The notes below the pieces were generated by a model, which worked only from the letters and a program-made list of their open reading frames with translations, did not search any database and had not been told where the DNA came from. From NCBI GenBank assembly GCA_032718475.1, contig JAUCBJ010008708.1:79829-143828 (forward strand): a stretch of 64,000 nucleotides of DNA. The letters are read 5' to 3'. The translations under genes and the position numbers were made by a program. Positions within the stretch are counted from its first letter, which is position 1. Each line of letters opens with the position of its first letter. This DNA comes from Nemertoderma westbladi (taxonomy: Eukaryota; Animalia; Xenacoelomorpha). Positions 23,661 through 37,623 of the stretch are shown one piece after another.

Positions 23661-24366
23661 TTAACATATATTTAAAGTTTCCTGTTGTTCTAGAAAGTTA
23701 AACTGCATACCTACAAATAATTCCCCACAAATAAATAAAATTAGATTCGCCATTGTTAATAATTAGAACTTTACAGCTTTTACCGGCCTCGTTTTGTTAT
23801 CAACAACATCGCTCGTGCTGTTACGCTTTAAAGTGCTATTTTACGAACAATGATGTATATAGTTAATATCACCCTATTGTTTAGCTAATCCTATTTGACA
23901 ATAAGCGATAATACATGATAAACAGTATAACATAATCTTGGTGAAGAATTAAATTAAAACTAACTTTCAAGTTTATTCCAGGGCCTAATAATGTCGGTCT
24001 GTCTGTCTGTCTGTTCGTCAGTTTTGTGCCATTTAACTACATTAATTGTGCTTTATCTCGTGTAAATTTGCTAGTGCAATTAAATTAAAATTAATTTAAT
24101 TTAATTTAATAAGATTACTTAATAAGAGTACTAGGTAGGAGAGATTTAATTTTTTTTTATTAGTCAAGCAAGAAAGAAAATCCTTACCAGCATAAAACCA
24201 ACACCTGTTTTCATTAAAGGTTTGCAGAAAAATTAGGTGTATTGAACCAGTATAATCAACTACAGGGTATTCTGTAATTCGTAATAATAAAGCACCACTG
24301 GAATATACCGGAAGTTCTGGGATTCAGGCTAGGATTTATCTTCCCCCATTATCAAGATATTCCGAC

Positions 24367-25590
24367 ATGGTGCCGAATCCGAATGGTCCTGGAACGGTTT
24401 CAAGAGATTTAATAAAAAATGTTTACGGAACACCCAGAGATTCACTTAATCCATTACCAGGTGGTTCCGGTATGGTGCCGAATCCGATTGGTCCTGGAAT
24501 GGTTTCAAGAGATTTAATAAAAAATGTTTACGGAACACCCAGAGATTCACTTAATCCATTACCAGGTGGTTCCGGTATGGTGCCGAATCCGAATGGTCCT
24601 GGAATGGTTTCAAGAGATTTAATAAAAAATGTTTATGGAACACCCAGAGATTCACTTAATCCATTACCAGGTGGTTCCGGTATGGTGCCGAATCCGAATG
24701 GTCCTGGAATGGTTTCAAGAGATTTAATAACAAATGTTTACGGAACACCCAGAGATTCACTTAATCCATTACCAGGTGGTTCCGGTATGTTATTAAATTC
24801 ACAATTCCAGACTCATCAATATGAACAATTCCCAAGCGCGCTTCGTCCAATGTCGTCATCCCTTGGGCTTCCTTATTATACGTTTTCCCCGCATAAGAAA
24901 GTTCTAAATACATCAGAAGGAAATAGTTTTAATATAATAAGTTTTGGTCATGAAGATAATATTGCTCAATACTCATATTCCTCAGTTTGTCGAGAAACTC
25001 TTTCACTGACAGCAAAAAGAAACATCATTGATACATCTCTAAGTTGTAAAGAAAGCAAAACAATGTCATTTGATATTCCAAATTACAGCCCATCAGAGAT
25101 AAAAGTGCTGGGTATGAAAAATGTAATATTAGGAAATGCTGATCATTTGTCAAACAGTAAACCTGTTTGGAGCATCTTCTTCGAGAAGGATGCCGAAGCC
25201 GCTCAGTTTCTACATCACTATAACATCGCTCATAGCGAATCCACAATGCGATTTGATTTTAAACCAAAAAATATGACCATTTACACAGCCACCAATCAAC
25301 AAATCAGATTGCGACCAGAAGTAAAAAAATCATTGATTCTAGAAAATGGCCAACTCAAATTCAGCTGTGCCTTTGATAAAGTATTTTCATTGGCCATACT
25401 TAGTGGTGAAACAGAAGTATGTAGAAAAGATAACGAAGTAATCTTAACAAATAAAGGAGAACACAAAACTCCAATCTTAACTAGAAGAGGAAAATTAAAA
25501 AATATCAATGCTACTCATACTATCCTCAAATTCTCAACAGAAGAAGATGCCAAACCAGTTGAGCTCTTCCTGAAGCATAACTTAAATTAA
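24367..25590 (+). CDS. Host-like protein: four 35-aa tandem repeats followed by a globular region, possibly two PH-like folds
   Basis: 407-aa ORF with 105-bp repeats at 24367-24790. AATAAA overlaps the stop codon. Confidence 0.6.
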   Translation: MVPNPNGPGTVSRDLIKNVYGTPRDSLNPLPGGSGMVPNPIGPGMVSRDLIKNVYGTPRDSLNPLPGGSGMVPNPNGPGMVSRDLIKNVYGTPRDSLNPLPGGSGMVPNPNGPGMVSRDLITNVYGTPRDSLNPLPGGSGMLLNSQFQTHQYEQFPSALRPMSSSLGLPYYTFSPHKKVLNTSEGNSFNIISFGHEDNIAQYSYSSVCRETLSLTAKRNIIDTSLSCKESKTMSFDIPNYSPSEIKVLGMKNVILGNADHLSNSKPVWSIFFEKDAEAAQFLHHYNIAHSESTMRFDFKPKNMTIYTATNQQIRLRPEVKKSLILENGQLKFSCAFDKVFSLAILSGETEVCRKDNEVILTNKGEHKTPILTRRGKLKNINATHTILKFSTEEDAKPVELFLKHNLN

Positions 25591-26169
25591 TAAATGGAAT
25601 GTAAATTTTTTGTTACATCATGTCAAGTTATCAGCGTTCTGATGAAGTACTTGTAATGCTGCAAAGTACCACTTTGCAGCGTTGCGGCCTATAGCAGAAC
25701 GTAGCAAAGTAATCAATAACCTGGAAACAATTTCAATTACTGTATTCCAGTTTAATGTATTATTTCCATGTATGAATGTATTAACCCTATAGTTGGGAAT
25801 CTGAAATTTTATGACTTTTCTAAAAATCTATTGTCTTCAAAAAAATATTGTCTTCTAAAAATATACTAAATAAATATTTTTAAAAATATTGTGAAAAGTG
25901 GGTTAATTGCACAGAGCAGGCGATTTTAATGAAAACAATTTAATTGATGTGTTTTGGTAATAAAAAGCTGTCAATCAATACTGTGATATATAAAAAAAAC
26001 TCACAAATTTATGATTTTGTGTGTTTTCACAACACATGGCTTAATAGTAACACAGTGCGACAAAAAGCTTGATAATGAAGAATTATGTAGCTAATGTTTT
26101 TTCTGTCAGTTTTGTTCTAGTACAGTTTCGAATAACTTATCTCAACTTCTTGTTTGTCTATCTCCAGGT

Positions 26170-26970
26170 GTTCTGTGGTTGCCTCACATCTACTCCCCAA
26201 TAATGTTGGCTACCTCACATCTGCTTCCCAATGGTGGCTACACCACATTACACCCCAATGGTGGCTACACCACATTACACCCCAATGGTGGCTGCACCAA
26301 AACTACTTTCCATTGTGGCTGAACCACAACAACTCCCCAATGGTGTATGAACCACATCAAGTCCCCAATGGTGGCTGCACTACACCTACTCCCCATTGGT
26401 GTCTGCACCACATTACTCCCCAAGGGTAGCTGCACCATAACTAGTCTCCAATTGTGGCTGAACCACAACTACTCCCCAATGGTAGCTGCACCACATTACT
26501 CCATAATGGTAGCTGCACGAAAACTACTCTCCAATTGTGGCTGAAACAAAACAACTCCCCAATGGTGTATGCACCAATTCAACTCCCCAATGATGGCTGC
26601 ACCACATCTACTCCCCAATGGTGTATGCACCACATCTACTCCCCAATGGTGTCTACACCACATTACTCCCCAATGGTGGGTGCACCAAAACAACTCTCAA
26701 ATTGTGGTGCGGTCAATGGTGGCCGCACCACTTCAACTCCTTCATGGGGGCTGCTCCATATTTAATCCCCAATGGTGTCTGCACCACATCAACTCCACAA
26801 TGATATCTGCACCACATCAACTCCCCAATGGTGGCTGCACCACTTCAATTCCCCAATAATGGTGGCTGCACCACATCTACTCCACAATGGTGTCTGCACC
26901 ACATCTACTCCCCAATGGTGGCTGCATCACATTACTCCCCAATGGTTGTTGCACCAAAACTAGTTTCCAA
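26170..26970. repeat. 27/28-bp minisatellite
   Basis: Unit ~caccacat(c)tactccccaatggtggctg, more than 25 degenerate copies. Confidence 0.9.
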
Positions 26971-27659
26971 TAATAAATCCTTTCTTCACATACCGAACTC
27001 TAATAAGTTGATAAAATGTAGCAAAATTACATACATCATTGCTTGCAAAGGTCACTTTTCAGCGTTAAAGTCCCTTGTTTATTTATGTCAACCTCCCTCG
27101 CTGCGCTCCCTCGGTACATAAATAAAAGCGGGTCATAACGAAGCAAAGTGCTACTTTGCACACAATGATGTAAATAGTTATTAAATGTTTCTATAATTTA
27201 TAAAACCAAAAATGTTTACAAACGAAAATCGGTCCATATCGTGGTGTGATGATGTTAGGCAACGTTTACACTACAAAGTGAAAAATGTATAACATTACTA
27301 AAACATAAAATAACCCACTCATTTTCTCTCATAGAAACAGCCCCAGTTGACATTTCATAATGATGAATGGGAGAATCTTTTAGGCTCGCTAAGCCAAGGA
27401 ATACCTGTTCACCACCATGGGTAATCTTCCACATTAAACCCTTCCACTATTGCCTTGGTTCCCAATTATCGACCAGTTAAGGATGAAAGACAGGGTTGGG
27501 CTGGGCTGCAGCATTTAAAGCACTGTGCCCGAACAGGCAGCGTCCTGCAGGCACGTGTCCAATGCATTCAATCGGATAAACCGGGTAACGGAAATAAATG
27601 CACGTGGCTTATTCCATTGTTACTTGAACTGGGTTCCAGCCGAAAACAATCTCTGGAAA

Positions 27660-27737
27660 TGAATTATTTTCGGCTGGAACCCAGTTCAAGAAGCGAACTG
27701 GAAAGCTATGGACTCATAGTGGACCCAGTGGTCACAA
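27660..27737 (+). pseudogene. RTE-like LINE fragment 1 (AP endonuclease)
   Basis: Translates AGTQFKKRTGKLWTHSGPSGH and continues across the Gypsy TSD into KSQIDHILF...SDHRL. Confidence 0.7.
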
Positions 27738-30700
27738 TGATATGTACTGATATGTACAATATACATGGCTCGCCCCTTATAGGACTATGTACGTAAGATA
27801 CCGGTACCACTAGATAGGTGGAGGGTTTTCCCTATTGCTATGCTGTACTGATATTACACTGTACTGCTGTACAACACTTTTATATTATACGTGTCTGCCT
27901 TATATACTATTGATATTCATATTATTGGGGATATTCCGATAGTGCAGACATACCATGGCGCTGCGAGTAGTTAAACTCACAACACGCATTTAGCATTTAA
28001 AGTGTAGCCAAAAGCAACCGCCTGAACGCCAACCCAAAAATGTCACTACCAACTGAGGATGACACCCTCAACCTCGATACTTCATCCGTCGACAAACTCG
28101 ATAGGAATACGCTAAAAGCTCATCTCACCAACGCTGAGATCACGTTTAGCGATAAAACTTCGACAGTTGCTCTGAAACAGAAACTGCGGAAATTCCTAGT
28201 GGAGGGCGACATAGAAGAAGAGGTGGTAGAATCAGTTGCAGGAGCAGCACACGGAATAGATGTAGCAGCTCTGCTTCACCAGCAACAGCAGCTGATTAAC
28301 GACCAACGCGAACAGCAAATACGGATGTTCACTCAACTGCAAGGGTTGCAAATACAACAGGAGGAACAACACGCCCGGTTTATGGAAACCCTCAGTGCTG
28401 GCGACACTTCTCGCCAACGCGACCGGAACATCGATACTGTCGCTCCACGCATCAACGAACGTGAAACAACTAAACTCACGGTACGCGCACCAAACCTATT
28501 GGAGGACGACGTCGACTTCAAGGAGTTTAAAAGGTGGGAGGCCACTTGGCGAAATTATTCCCGGGTCACGAAACTCAATAATAAAATCAGAGAGGATCAA
28601 CTAGCAACCTTCTTCTCATACTGCAGTCCGGATTTTTTGAACCGATTGCAGTACGCCATTAGTATCCCGCAGGATACCACATCGTCAATGGAGGAAATCC
28701 TTACGATCATACGAAATCACCTGCGAGCCCAACAAAATATAACGGTGGACCGTTATAAACTCGTCCGTAAACGTCAGGATGATAAAGAATCCTTTGACGA
28801 CTTCTATATTAGTTTGTGCGAGATGGCGGATGACGCGATTCTCGAGAGCATGGCAAAGGATGATTGGTTATCAACTCTCATAATTTGCGGTATAGAAGAC
28901 GACGAAACTCGGTTGGAGTTGCTCGCAAAGAAACCTACGCTAACACGCGAAGAAATCGTAGATTTTTGCCGCAATAAAGAACTGGCTATGAAAGACGACC
29001 AACGACTAAAGCAAAACGTCGGCGCGGTTTATCCAAAATCCCGCCCCCATAGTCGCGGTCGCCCTCGCCAGAAAAAATCTGCTGATCCTAAGGAGAAACA
29101 ACCTCGCCGCAACTCCCAACTTCCTCCCAATGTTTGCTACAAATGTGGCGGTACCTGGCCCCAGAACAGCAGCAAACCGTGTGCCGCCAAGGGTAAAACA
29201 TGCTCCAACTGCAATCGTATTGGCCACCTAGCCGACGTGTGTCGTAATCCAAAAGAGAAACAGACGCCGAAACGAACTGGAGCAATAATCCTGGCTGCAT
29301 TCAAGGAGGCGGCCTACACATCGAGGCCCCTTATATCCATAGACTTCCATGATACTCAGGGCGAATACATAGCGACTAAAGCCTGCATAGCAGATACAGG
29401 GGCTCAGGTTACAGTTGCCGGAATACAACTGTTAAAACGGTTCGGTATAACGAGGGATAAACTCCAACCAACGGAAGTAAACCACCAGAGTGCAGATGGT
29501 TCATCCATACATTGTCTCGGGTCCATAGACTTTATTCTTTGTGCGAAACCATCCTCTGACTCTCATACCGAAACCATATACATTTGTGATAAAATGAAGA
29601 GAGATGTCTTCCTCTCCCTAGCAGCTTGTAAGGGACTACACATTGTACATGACATGTTCCCCGCCCCCTTCCCAAATCAATACAGAGTTGGTGCTGTGAA
29701 GGAAGTCCTACCGACGACGGATATAAAACTCGCAGAGAAAACGGAAAAAAAACTCATAGAAGAATTTTCCGACGTTTTCGCTATCCCTTCAGAGTTGAGG
29801 ACGATGAACGGCCCACCGATGAAAATCGAACTGAGGGAGAACGCAACCCCGTTTTGCATCTACGCTGCTCGGAATATTCCGCTCGCCTACAGAGAAAAGG
29901 CGCGCCTTGAAATCGAGGATATGCTTACAAAAGGAATAATCGAACGTGTCGGGTATCGAGCTGTTCCTTGGTGTCATCCGATTGTCGTATGCCCGAAACC
30001 CGGCAACCCAGAGGAAATTCGGATGACCGTCGACTTGACGAAACTCAATAACCAAGTGAAACGGACAATTCATAACGCGCGTACGCCATCCGATATTATG
30101 ATGGACCGCACACCAAACGCTCGCTGGTTCACCAAACTCGACGCCAAATCGGGTTATTGGCAGGTGGAGCTGGCTGAGGAGTCGCGCGACCTTACCACGT
30201 TCCTAACGCCTTGAGGGCGCTACCGATACGCCAGGGCCCCTATGGGATTCATTTCCACTGGAGACTCGTATAACTACCGTGGCGACCTAGCTCTGGACGG
30301 TATACCTAACGTTAAGAAACTCGTGGATGATATACTCATAGAGGATGAATCCCTAGAAGAACACATCGATCGCGTCCGCACAATATTGGAGCGTTGTCGC
30401 ACCCACGGAATAACTCTGAACCGCAAAAAGTTTCAGTTCGCCAAACAACGCATCCAATTCGCTGGTTTTATACTTTCCAGCACCGGAGTAGAGGCCAATC
30501 CGGATAAAATCCGCGCAATCGTTGACTTTCCTACTCCCACGAATATAACAGAGTTGAGAAGCTTCATGGGTCTCACCAACCAGCTGGGATGTTTCTCCTC
30601 AGCCGTGAGCTCAGCCGCAATTCCTCTGCGTGAATTATTGCGCACTAGAAATAGTTTCACCTGGACAACCATGCAGGATAATGCATTTAAAGAGGTTAAA

Positions 30701-32322
30701 CTCGCGTTAACGAGTCCCCCTGTCTTAGCCCCATTCGAACTCCAGGCCGAAACACGCCTTGAAACAGATGCCAGTTGGTTACAAGGTCTGGGTTTTAATT
30801 TAATGCAAAAACAACAAAATGAATGGAAATTAATCATATGTGGTAGTCGATTTTTAACGAGTGTGGAAAGTCGATATGCAACTATAGAACTCGAAACCAT
30901 TGCAATAAAGTTTGGTTTGGAGAAATGCCGCATATATCTGGCTGGCATTGAACCTTTTAAAGTAATTATTGACCAAGCCCACTCGTTTCTATTTTTAACA
31001 AACATACACTGGGTCAAGTTGAGAATAACAAAATACAGCGTATAAAAGCTGAGTTGCAGTCAAATTATCTATTTGATGTAGAATGGCGGCAAGGTGAGAA
31101 AAATCGCATTGCCAACGGTTTAAGCCGTGCCCCAGTTGATAATCCAGAGGATGTAATCGAGGATGAGATGGATAACACCTCAACTTTGGCTGCAATTTCC
31201 TCTGCATTACAATCCCATCAAAATAGTATGCAAAATACTACATTACAGTGTGGCTCGCCCCATATCCCTTCTACTGATGACCCTGTCATAGAAGAGATCT
31301 GGGCTGCAGCATTAGTGGACCCTGACTACCAATCCCTTTTGTGTGAAATTCTTCAGGGACCTACAAATAAAAATACTGTGTCCAGCCTGACACAACAGTG
31401 TAAATCTATTATCCACGAAATGTCCGTCGAAAATGGACTGGTTTTATTTGGTGTACAATTAGTCATCCCGAAATCAAAACGAAACCTCGTTCTAAAACGT
31501 TTACACGCCCCACATCAGGGTATAGTACGTACCAAACAACGACGGCCGATCTCCCAACGAGATTGTGTTCGGTCACAATCTACGGTCACGAGTGCCAGCT
31601 CACCATACTACTTACGATCCTAAATGGCGCGATGCTGCTGAAGAAGCAGACAACAAACACAGCATTATTCGTAAGAAGGCGATAGACCACTATAATAGCA
31701 CTGCACGAAACCTAAAACCATTGCCCGTTGATACCAAAGTGCGCCTACAAAATGCCCGCACCAGAACTTGGGACCGCACCGGAATTATAACCAGCCGGCA
31801 AGGAGCGCGTGACTATTGGATAAAACTCCCATCTGGGCGCGCAATGCGGAGAAACCGACGTTTCATACGACAATTCAATGAGCCGCTAGAACTTGGAAAC
31901 GACTTGCAAACCGGTGACTTCGAAACTGAAAGTAAATCTGATACAAACGTTGAAACTGAAGCAAGTAATAACCACTCAGAAGAAACTGAAAGCAATTTAC
32001 TACGCCACAGTACACGCTCACGTAAACCCATTGTGCGATTCGATGAACGGGTTTACGAAACAAGATTTTAAATTGAAAAACATTAAAAATCTAAAAGGGG
32101 GAGTTGATATGTACTGATATGTACAATATACATGGCTCGCCCCTTATAGGACTATGTACTTAAGATACCGGTACCACTAGATAGGTGGAGGGTTTTCCCT
32201 ATTGCTATGCTGTACTGATATTACACTGTACTGCTGTACTACACTTTTATATTATACGTGTCTGCCTTATATACTATTGATATTCATATTATTGGGGATA
32301 TTCCGATAGTGCAGACATACCA
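27738..32322 (+). mobile_element. Ty3/Gypsy LTR retrotransposon (Mag-like), defective
   Basis: 218-bp LTRs at 27738-27955 and 32105-32322 (2 substitutions seen). TSD CACAA. PBS TGGCGCTGCGAGTAG (tRNA-Ser-like). PPT AAAAGGGGGAG. Confidence 0.95.
28040..32071 (+). pseudogene. gag-pol: Gypsy gag-pol, disrupted
   Basis: Knuckle CSNCNRIGH, protease ADTGA, RT KLDAKSGYWQ / LVDD, RNase H TDAS. TGA at 30212-30214 where Trp is expected, frameshift near 30980, and the IN core is missing between LHAPHQG and FGHNLRS. Confidence 0.9.
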
Positions 32323-33604
32323 CACAAGTCCCAGATAGACCATATTCTGTTTCGTAGGAAATACAGGAGCTCTATACAAGACTGTAATGCATTTACACTT
32401 CGACCCTTCTCCAGTGATCACCGCCTTATTGTGGCAATGGTAAGACTTAGTCTGCGTGCTAGCAGAACAACGAAATCTGCCTTGCCGCGGCATGACTGGT
32501 CCTCTCTGTTGCAACAGCCAAGTGTGAAATCCAGTTTCACACTACAGCTGAGCAACAGGTATGAGGCTCTTGCCTCTGAGGCGGCAGATCACTGTGAGGG
32601 CTATACTGCCTTTACAGAAGCAGTTAGCAGCTGCAGAAACAGTTCCTGTATACCCACGAAACAGGAAAAGGGCCCCCTGGACTGACAACAAAATTCAGAA
32701 GTGCCGAAATGACCTTCATAAGGCGCAGAAAGATTCCCGACTCAAACAGACTACAGCGGCCAAGAATGCAGTTAAGGCTGCATCTAGGTCCCTGAACAGG
32801 CAGTACTCTGTTAATCTACAGGAGCTAATAAACCAACAGGTTGATGCCATCAATGATGCTGACGACGACAACAGGAAATGGAAATTGATCAATTTGCTTA
32901 CTGGGCGGAAAAGCCAACCAACCACCAAGGTTAAGGCTGAATCACCAGCCGATCGCCTCAATGGTTGGAAAGCCCACTTTGAAAAGCTCCTCGATAATGA
33001 CAGGGTATTGCCTGATAACTTTATAGAAGTAAAAGTGTCTGAGTCTGTACTCCCCCATATTCCCATTGGCGATATCTCCTTTGCAGAAGTGAAGACTGCT
33101 GCAAAGAGCATTAAGACCAATCGTGCCAGTGGAGTATATGGTGTTCCCCCTGAGGTCTTTAAAATACCTGAGTGTTTAAAGCTCATCTATCCCATCATAG
33201 TGGACATGTACCGAATAATAAGAGTCCCACAAGAAATGAAAACAAATAAGTTGGTGCCAGTTTCCAAGAAGGGCAACCTAACACTCTATGGTTCTTTTCG
33301 GGGAATCTCATTGATCTCGATTGCTGCAAAGCTATACAATAGGAATCTATTAAATCGCATCAGGGATACCATTGAGAGACTGCTCCGTGGAAATCAGAAT
33401 GGGTTCCGTAAAGGTCGTGGGACCATGGAGCCCATTCTGGCACTTAGAAGGATAATTGAAGAATTATCAAAAAAGAAAGACAGGCATCTGGCTGTTATCT
33501 TTGTTGACTTCTTCAAGGCCGTTGATTCAGTCTCTCGCTCATGTATGTTCAGCATACTTTCATTATATGGGATTCCTGATGAAATTATTGCAGCAATCAG
33601 ATCA
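32323..33604 (+). pseudogene. RTE-like LINE fragment 2 (end of endonuclease to RT domain A)
   Basis: QIDH, SDH, FRGISLISIAAKLYN, QNGFRKGRGT and FVDFFKAVDSV motifs, with a frameshift near 32650. Confidence 0.85.
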
Positions 33605-35873
33605 TGTAAGGGTCCAGTAGTATACCGCTTACCAGATCCTAGTAACGATGTATCTTACTATGAGACTCTAGTAATGTATACGGGCTTGTACAGTATCTGA
33701 CAACAAATCCCAGTCCAGGATATCTAAACAAACAGATATAGTACACAAACGACTACTGGCGAGGAACAGAGCCTTGTATCTATTCTATGTACGTGAGCGG
33801 GTCGAATGCCTACGTACTAGACAGAAGGATACCTGTCCTCTAACCGGTGAGGCAGATGTACAGTTACAGTAACAGACCAAACTCACGGGAAAACAATCCC
33901 CGCGCAGCGAATCCTAACTATCACTGACAGTCCTAAATACAGTAACTTGCCGCGGTGTGATTTATATGGTTTATATACGAGCTAGTGGGTTAACAGACCT
34001 AGCGTAACAACACTGACAGTCCTAAATCAGTCGAAAAGGGGTCGTACCTAAATGTAACAATAACTGATCCCCCTGTACGAAATCAGTCTAAAGGGTCAGG
34101 CCTAAATGTAACAATACCGTTGTCCAGACAAACAACAGTTTAATAACGAAAGTGAAATACTCCTTTTTTTGCCGCAACTAAATCAGATCCTAATTTTACA
34201 AATACAGATAATTTCCACCTAACGTAATGTATAGTACGCTATAGCTAGTAGAACTTTAAGGGCGATATGTTTTAGGGCGTGTGTGTGTGGGTGTGTTACA
34301 AATAAAACAATTTCGTGTAATTCCTTTTACTAGGTTTTAGTGATTTTCTGACTAAATGATACCGTGCGCTAGCTACTAAAATAAACTAGTCGCGTTTGTA
34401 GAACTTTATACTCACGAATGACGTCAAAGCTCTCTCCTTCCTATCCACAACCCAATGGGCAACCACAGTGTTAGTAACTACACCCGTGATCGGCACTAAT
34501 ACCAGATTCTGGTTGTAAGATAAGAATAGGGGTTAATCGCTACCGTACGTTAGCTGATCTGGTATACTAATTTAATTCTAGAACTTTGTTGCTGCGGTAG
34601 TTAGCAGCAATACCTATCAGTACGTGGCGAGGCGCGGTAGGATATTAATAAACCTCCCTAGGCCAAGCAGTGTGCCGGTAGCAGAAATGCTCCTTGCCTG
34701 ATCAAATAGCTAACTCCAGACAGGGGGGGGGGGGGGGGGGGTACTAATGTACGTTCTACAAAGCGAACCGGTACCAAACAGTCAGTGCTACGACTCACTA
34801 AATTATGGAACATATGCTGTCCGTACCTAATATGTACTCGCGTACTGACGAATGGCAATAGTTCGCACCTGTAGGAAGTACAGGTTAACCCAGGGATTCG
34901 TAGGACTTGACAAAGGGGGGGTGTCTGGATATAATTATTTGATCCTAAATTTGCGGCGTCCAGTACAGTGTCACGCTTACCCTGATCTATAGGTCTTACG
35001 GCGGGCAAGGGCGTCGAACAAAGTCTTACCTTCTCACAAAGCGGGCGCTGCATAGCAAGTGGAGTATTTCGAAGGGCAAAGGGGGTGCGCGGTCAATCCA
35101 ATGTGGGCGCTAGCGTGTTGTGGACATCTCTTCCCTGCGTTGCTTACGGCCTAACGATCTAGGCTGCCATCTCCCTGGTGTTCGGCTGTCCCGAAGTCGG
35201 ACCAAAAGAAAACATGTCAGGAAATTGCAGTATATTTACAGTTTTACAAAAGGATTTATCAAATAAAGTTTCAACAAGAAACCGAATTAACTAATTTTAC
35301 AAGAATAAACTATAAGGTGGAGAAAAGGGGTAACGAAGTATATATTGATAACCGAAGGCAAACCGGCCTTTTATACTAGAAATTGCACATGGAAACTAAA
35401 CAGAATTTTCCACAGCTTCACCATTGAGCAATGAAGTGCTTCGTGCTCTATGATTGGCCCAGCTCATCGTTCAACGCAGTCCGGCCCTTACACTAATCTG
35501 GGACATGGAATCCTAACAGAATTTTCCACTGCCTCACATTTGAGCAATAAGATAATTTATGCCCTATGATTGGCCTGGCTCATCATTCGCTACGCTGTAC
35601 GCTTCTCATTGGCCTACCAATTAGCACCACACGAAAATAAATGGCCCCAAAATACAAATTTCCCGACTGGGATTCGAACTCGTAACCTACGTAATGTAAC
35701 CAACGCCTTAACCATCTGACCACTACGCCACGAGAGTACCTAAGGGTTTTATGTGTACAAATATGAATAGGCATATTACATTACTGTAACTTAATCAAAA
35801 TACGTCGGATTTTCAAAAGTTTTTACGTTAAAGTTAAACTACAAATGCTATCTTATAGTGAAATAATTCATCA
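33605..35873 (-). repeat. 3' LTR of element C (2269 bp)
   Basis: Differs from the 5' LTR by a 6-nt poly-G length change and about 5 substitutions seen by eye. Confidence 0.95.
35661..35730 (-). promoter_or_regulatory. tRNA-like Pol III A/B-box module in U3 of the element C LTR (second copy at 48739-48808)
   Basis: TGGTCAGATGGTTAAGGCG ... GAGTTCGAATCC. The acceptor stem does not pair, so it is not a tRNA gene. Confidence 0.6.
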
Positions 35874-36390
35874 CCGCTCCATGAAAACAGTAAGTAAGAC
35901 TGTTTTCACCAATCAAAATATAAAATATCTACAAACTATTTCTAAATTTACTGGTAGGGCCTAAAATATAAAATATAATCACTATCTAATCATTGCATAC
36001 TTAATATTGCAGATACGGCGTAAATACAATCGATCGTACATACAAATACAAATTTACGAATTAACTTTAGTGCCTAAAATACAAAAAAAGGCTTTCGGTT
36101 ATCAAGGTAAGCAAATTAAACAAATCAGAACAAATAAATCAAACAAATCAAACAAATAAATCAAACTCTTTCGATAAATCTTTATATATTGTAAATATAC
36201 ATAATAAACCTTCACCAAATTAAATTAGTCCAAATATAATATAAACACAATGCGCTAATAACTTCCAATAGTGTCCTCCTGACGATCTGAAAAGTTCGTC
36301 CTACTGGTCTGGATGTCTTCTCCTGAGCATCAATTGCTAACGGTAGGCTCGCAAGCCTTCCTTTCCATCTCGCTCCTCCAAATCCAACAT

Positions 36391-36931
36391 TCATACATAA
36401 TATCCGAATATAAATATCCAATATAACATCCAAATATAATATCTGAATATAATATCCTTTCTTCTCGCTTTCCTATTCCTTGGCCGACCGGGCTCGTCCA
36501 CGTCCTCTATTGCGATTGGGTGGTGGTCGAGGTCGAACTGGGCTCGGACTTCGGCGTCGAGTTGTCGGTGGTTCCAAAACGCTAGGAAAGGGGACGACGG
36601 GAGATGAAACGACCCCCTTCTTGGTAACGCAGACTTTGGTGGTTTGGGCAACGCGCTAATATCGGCTCAGGGTTCTCGCAAACGTCGTTGGCGTCGCATA
36701 ACGCATCGTAGGTGTACAACGCTTTGAACTCCGCGCGTAACTCCTCCGCTGTTTTGTTATAAGCGTCCAATCGCTGTCGCGTGATGTTTGGATCCGCCTT
36801 GGATTTAGCAAGCTTGGCTGTACTCCTAGCCATACTCTCCACTCCAAACAGGTTAAAGTTTTGGCCCCATATCGGTTGAACGGCGCCTGGTGCTACTATT
36901 CCTGCGTGGATCCTTGATAATAGTGTTTCTA
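36391..36931 (-). pseudogene. Element C 3' accessory ORF, internally deleted and probably frameshifted
   Basis: Homologous to ORF 63233+ (NPEPILARCPNHQSLRYQEGG vs HPEPILTRCPAHQFLRYNEGG). Preceded by the acceptor CTAACCTCTGTTTGTGCTTCCTCTAG. Confidence 0.75.
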
Positions 36932-37623
36932 CTAGAGGAAGCACAAACAGAGGTTAGATGTGAGGAGACTTAGAGTTTGTCGGCTTTTGGCTCAACTCTG
37001 CTCTAAACCCCAACCCATTTTGCCTAATGACTTCGGGTTCGCGTGATTTCGCACTGGCCCCTAATCCAAAAAATTGTGCCGATAAAAAACGAATTCCGGG
37101 TAAACTAGCCGCGAGTCTAAAATACTCACCTTTTAATTTCCCAAACTACATTTCCCAAGAAAATAATGCAGTCGAGAATTAATTGGTCAAAATAATAGTA
37201 GACACGACTACGTAGAACAAGACCGATTTTCTTTTCCAGAAAAAATTTTATCGGTAGGCTCGCAAGCCTTCCATCCGCTCTTGTCCTCCCCAATTTTAAT
37301 TTTATCTAGCTGTATTCTAGAATTTGCTTTCACTGGAGAATCGTTTTTCTTAAATTTAAATCCAACTAAATGGATTTGTCTAATAATTTTTGAAAATTGT
37401 CTCACTTGTGGGTTCCAAGTGGAATTCCATTCCTACTGTACACACAATCCCGCTCCTATGTGATACATAAGGGTACTACCCTCCATGTTCACGTATAAAG
37501 ACAATGGAATTCCACCGCTGTCTCTATCTACAGTGAAGAGGATTACAAATGCACGTACAGTAATACAAATACAAATAACTAAAATACAGTAGGTCTATGT
37601 GGCGGCCAACAAAGGTCCCACAT

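Noticed and set aside
26170-26970. CRISPR-like array
   Set aside because: Units are contiguous with no unique spacers, there are no cas genes, and the context is eukaryotic. The many short ORFs here are repeat artefacts.
34658-35053. 131-aa ORF repeated at 47742, and the 60/69-aa ORFs in the B LTRs
   Set aside because: The identity just reflects LTR duplication; no recognisable motifs.
35661-35730. Functional tRNA gene
   Set aside because: Acceptor and anticodon stems do not pair; only the A and B boxes remain.
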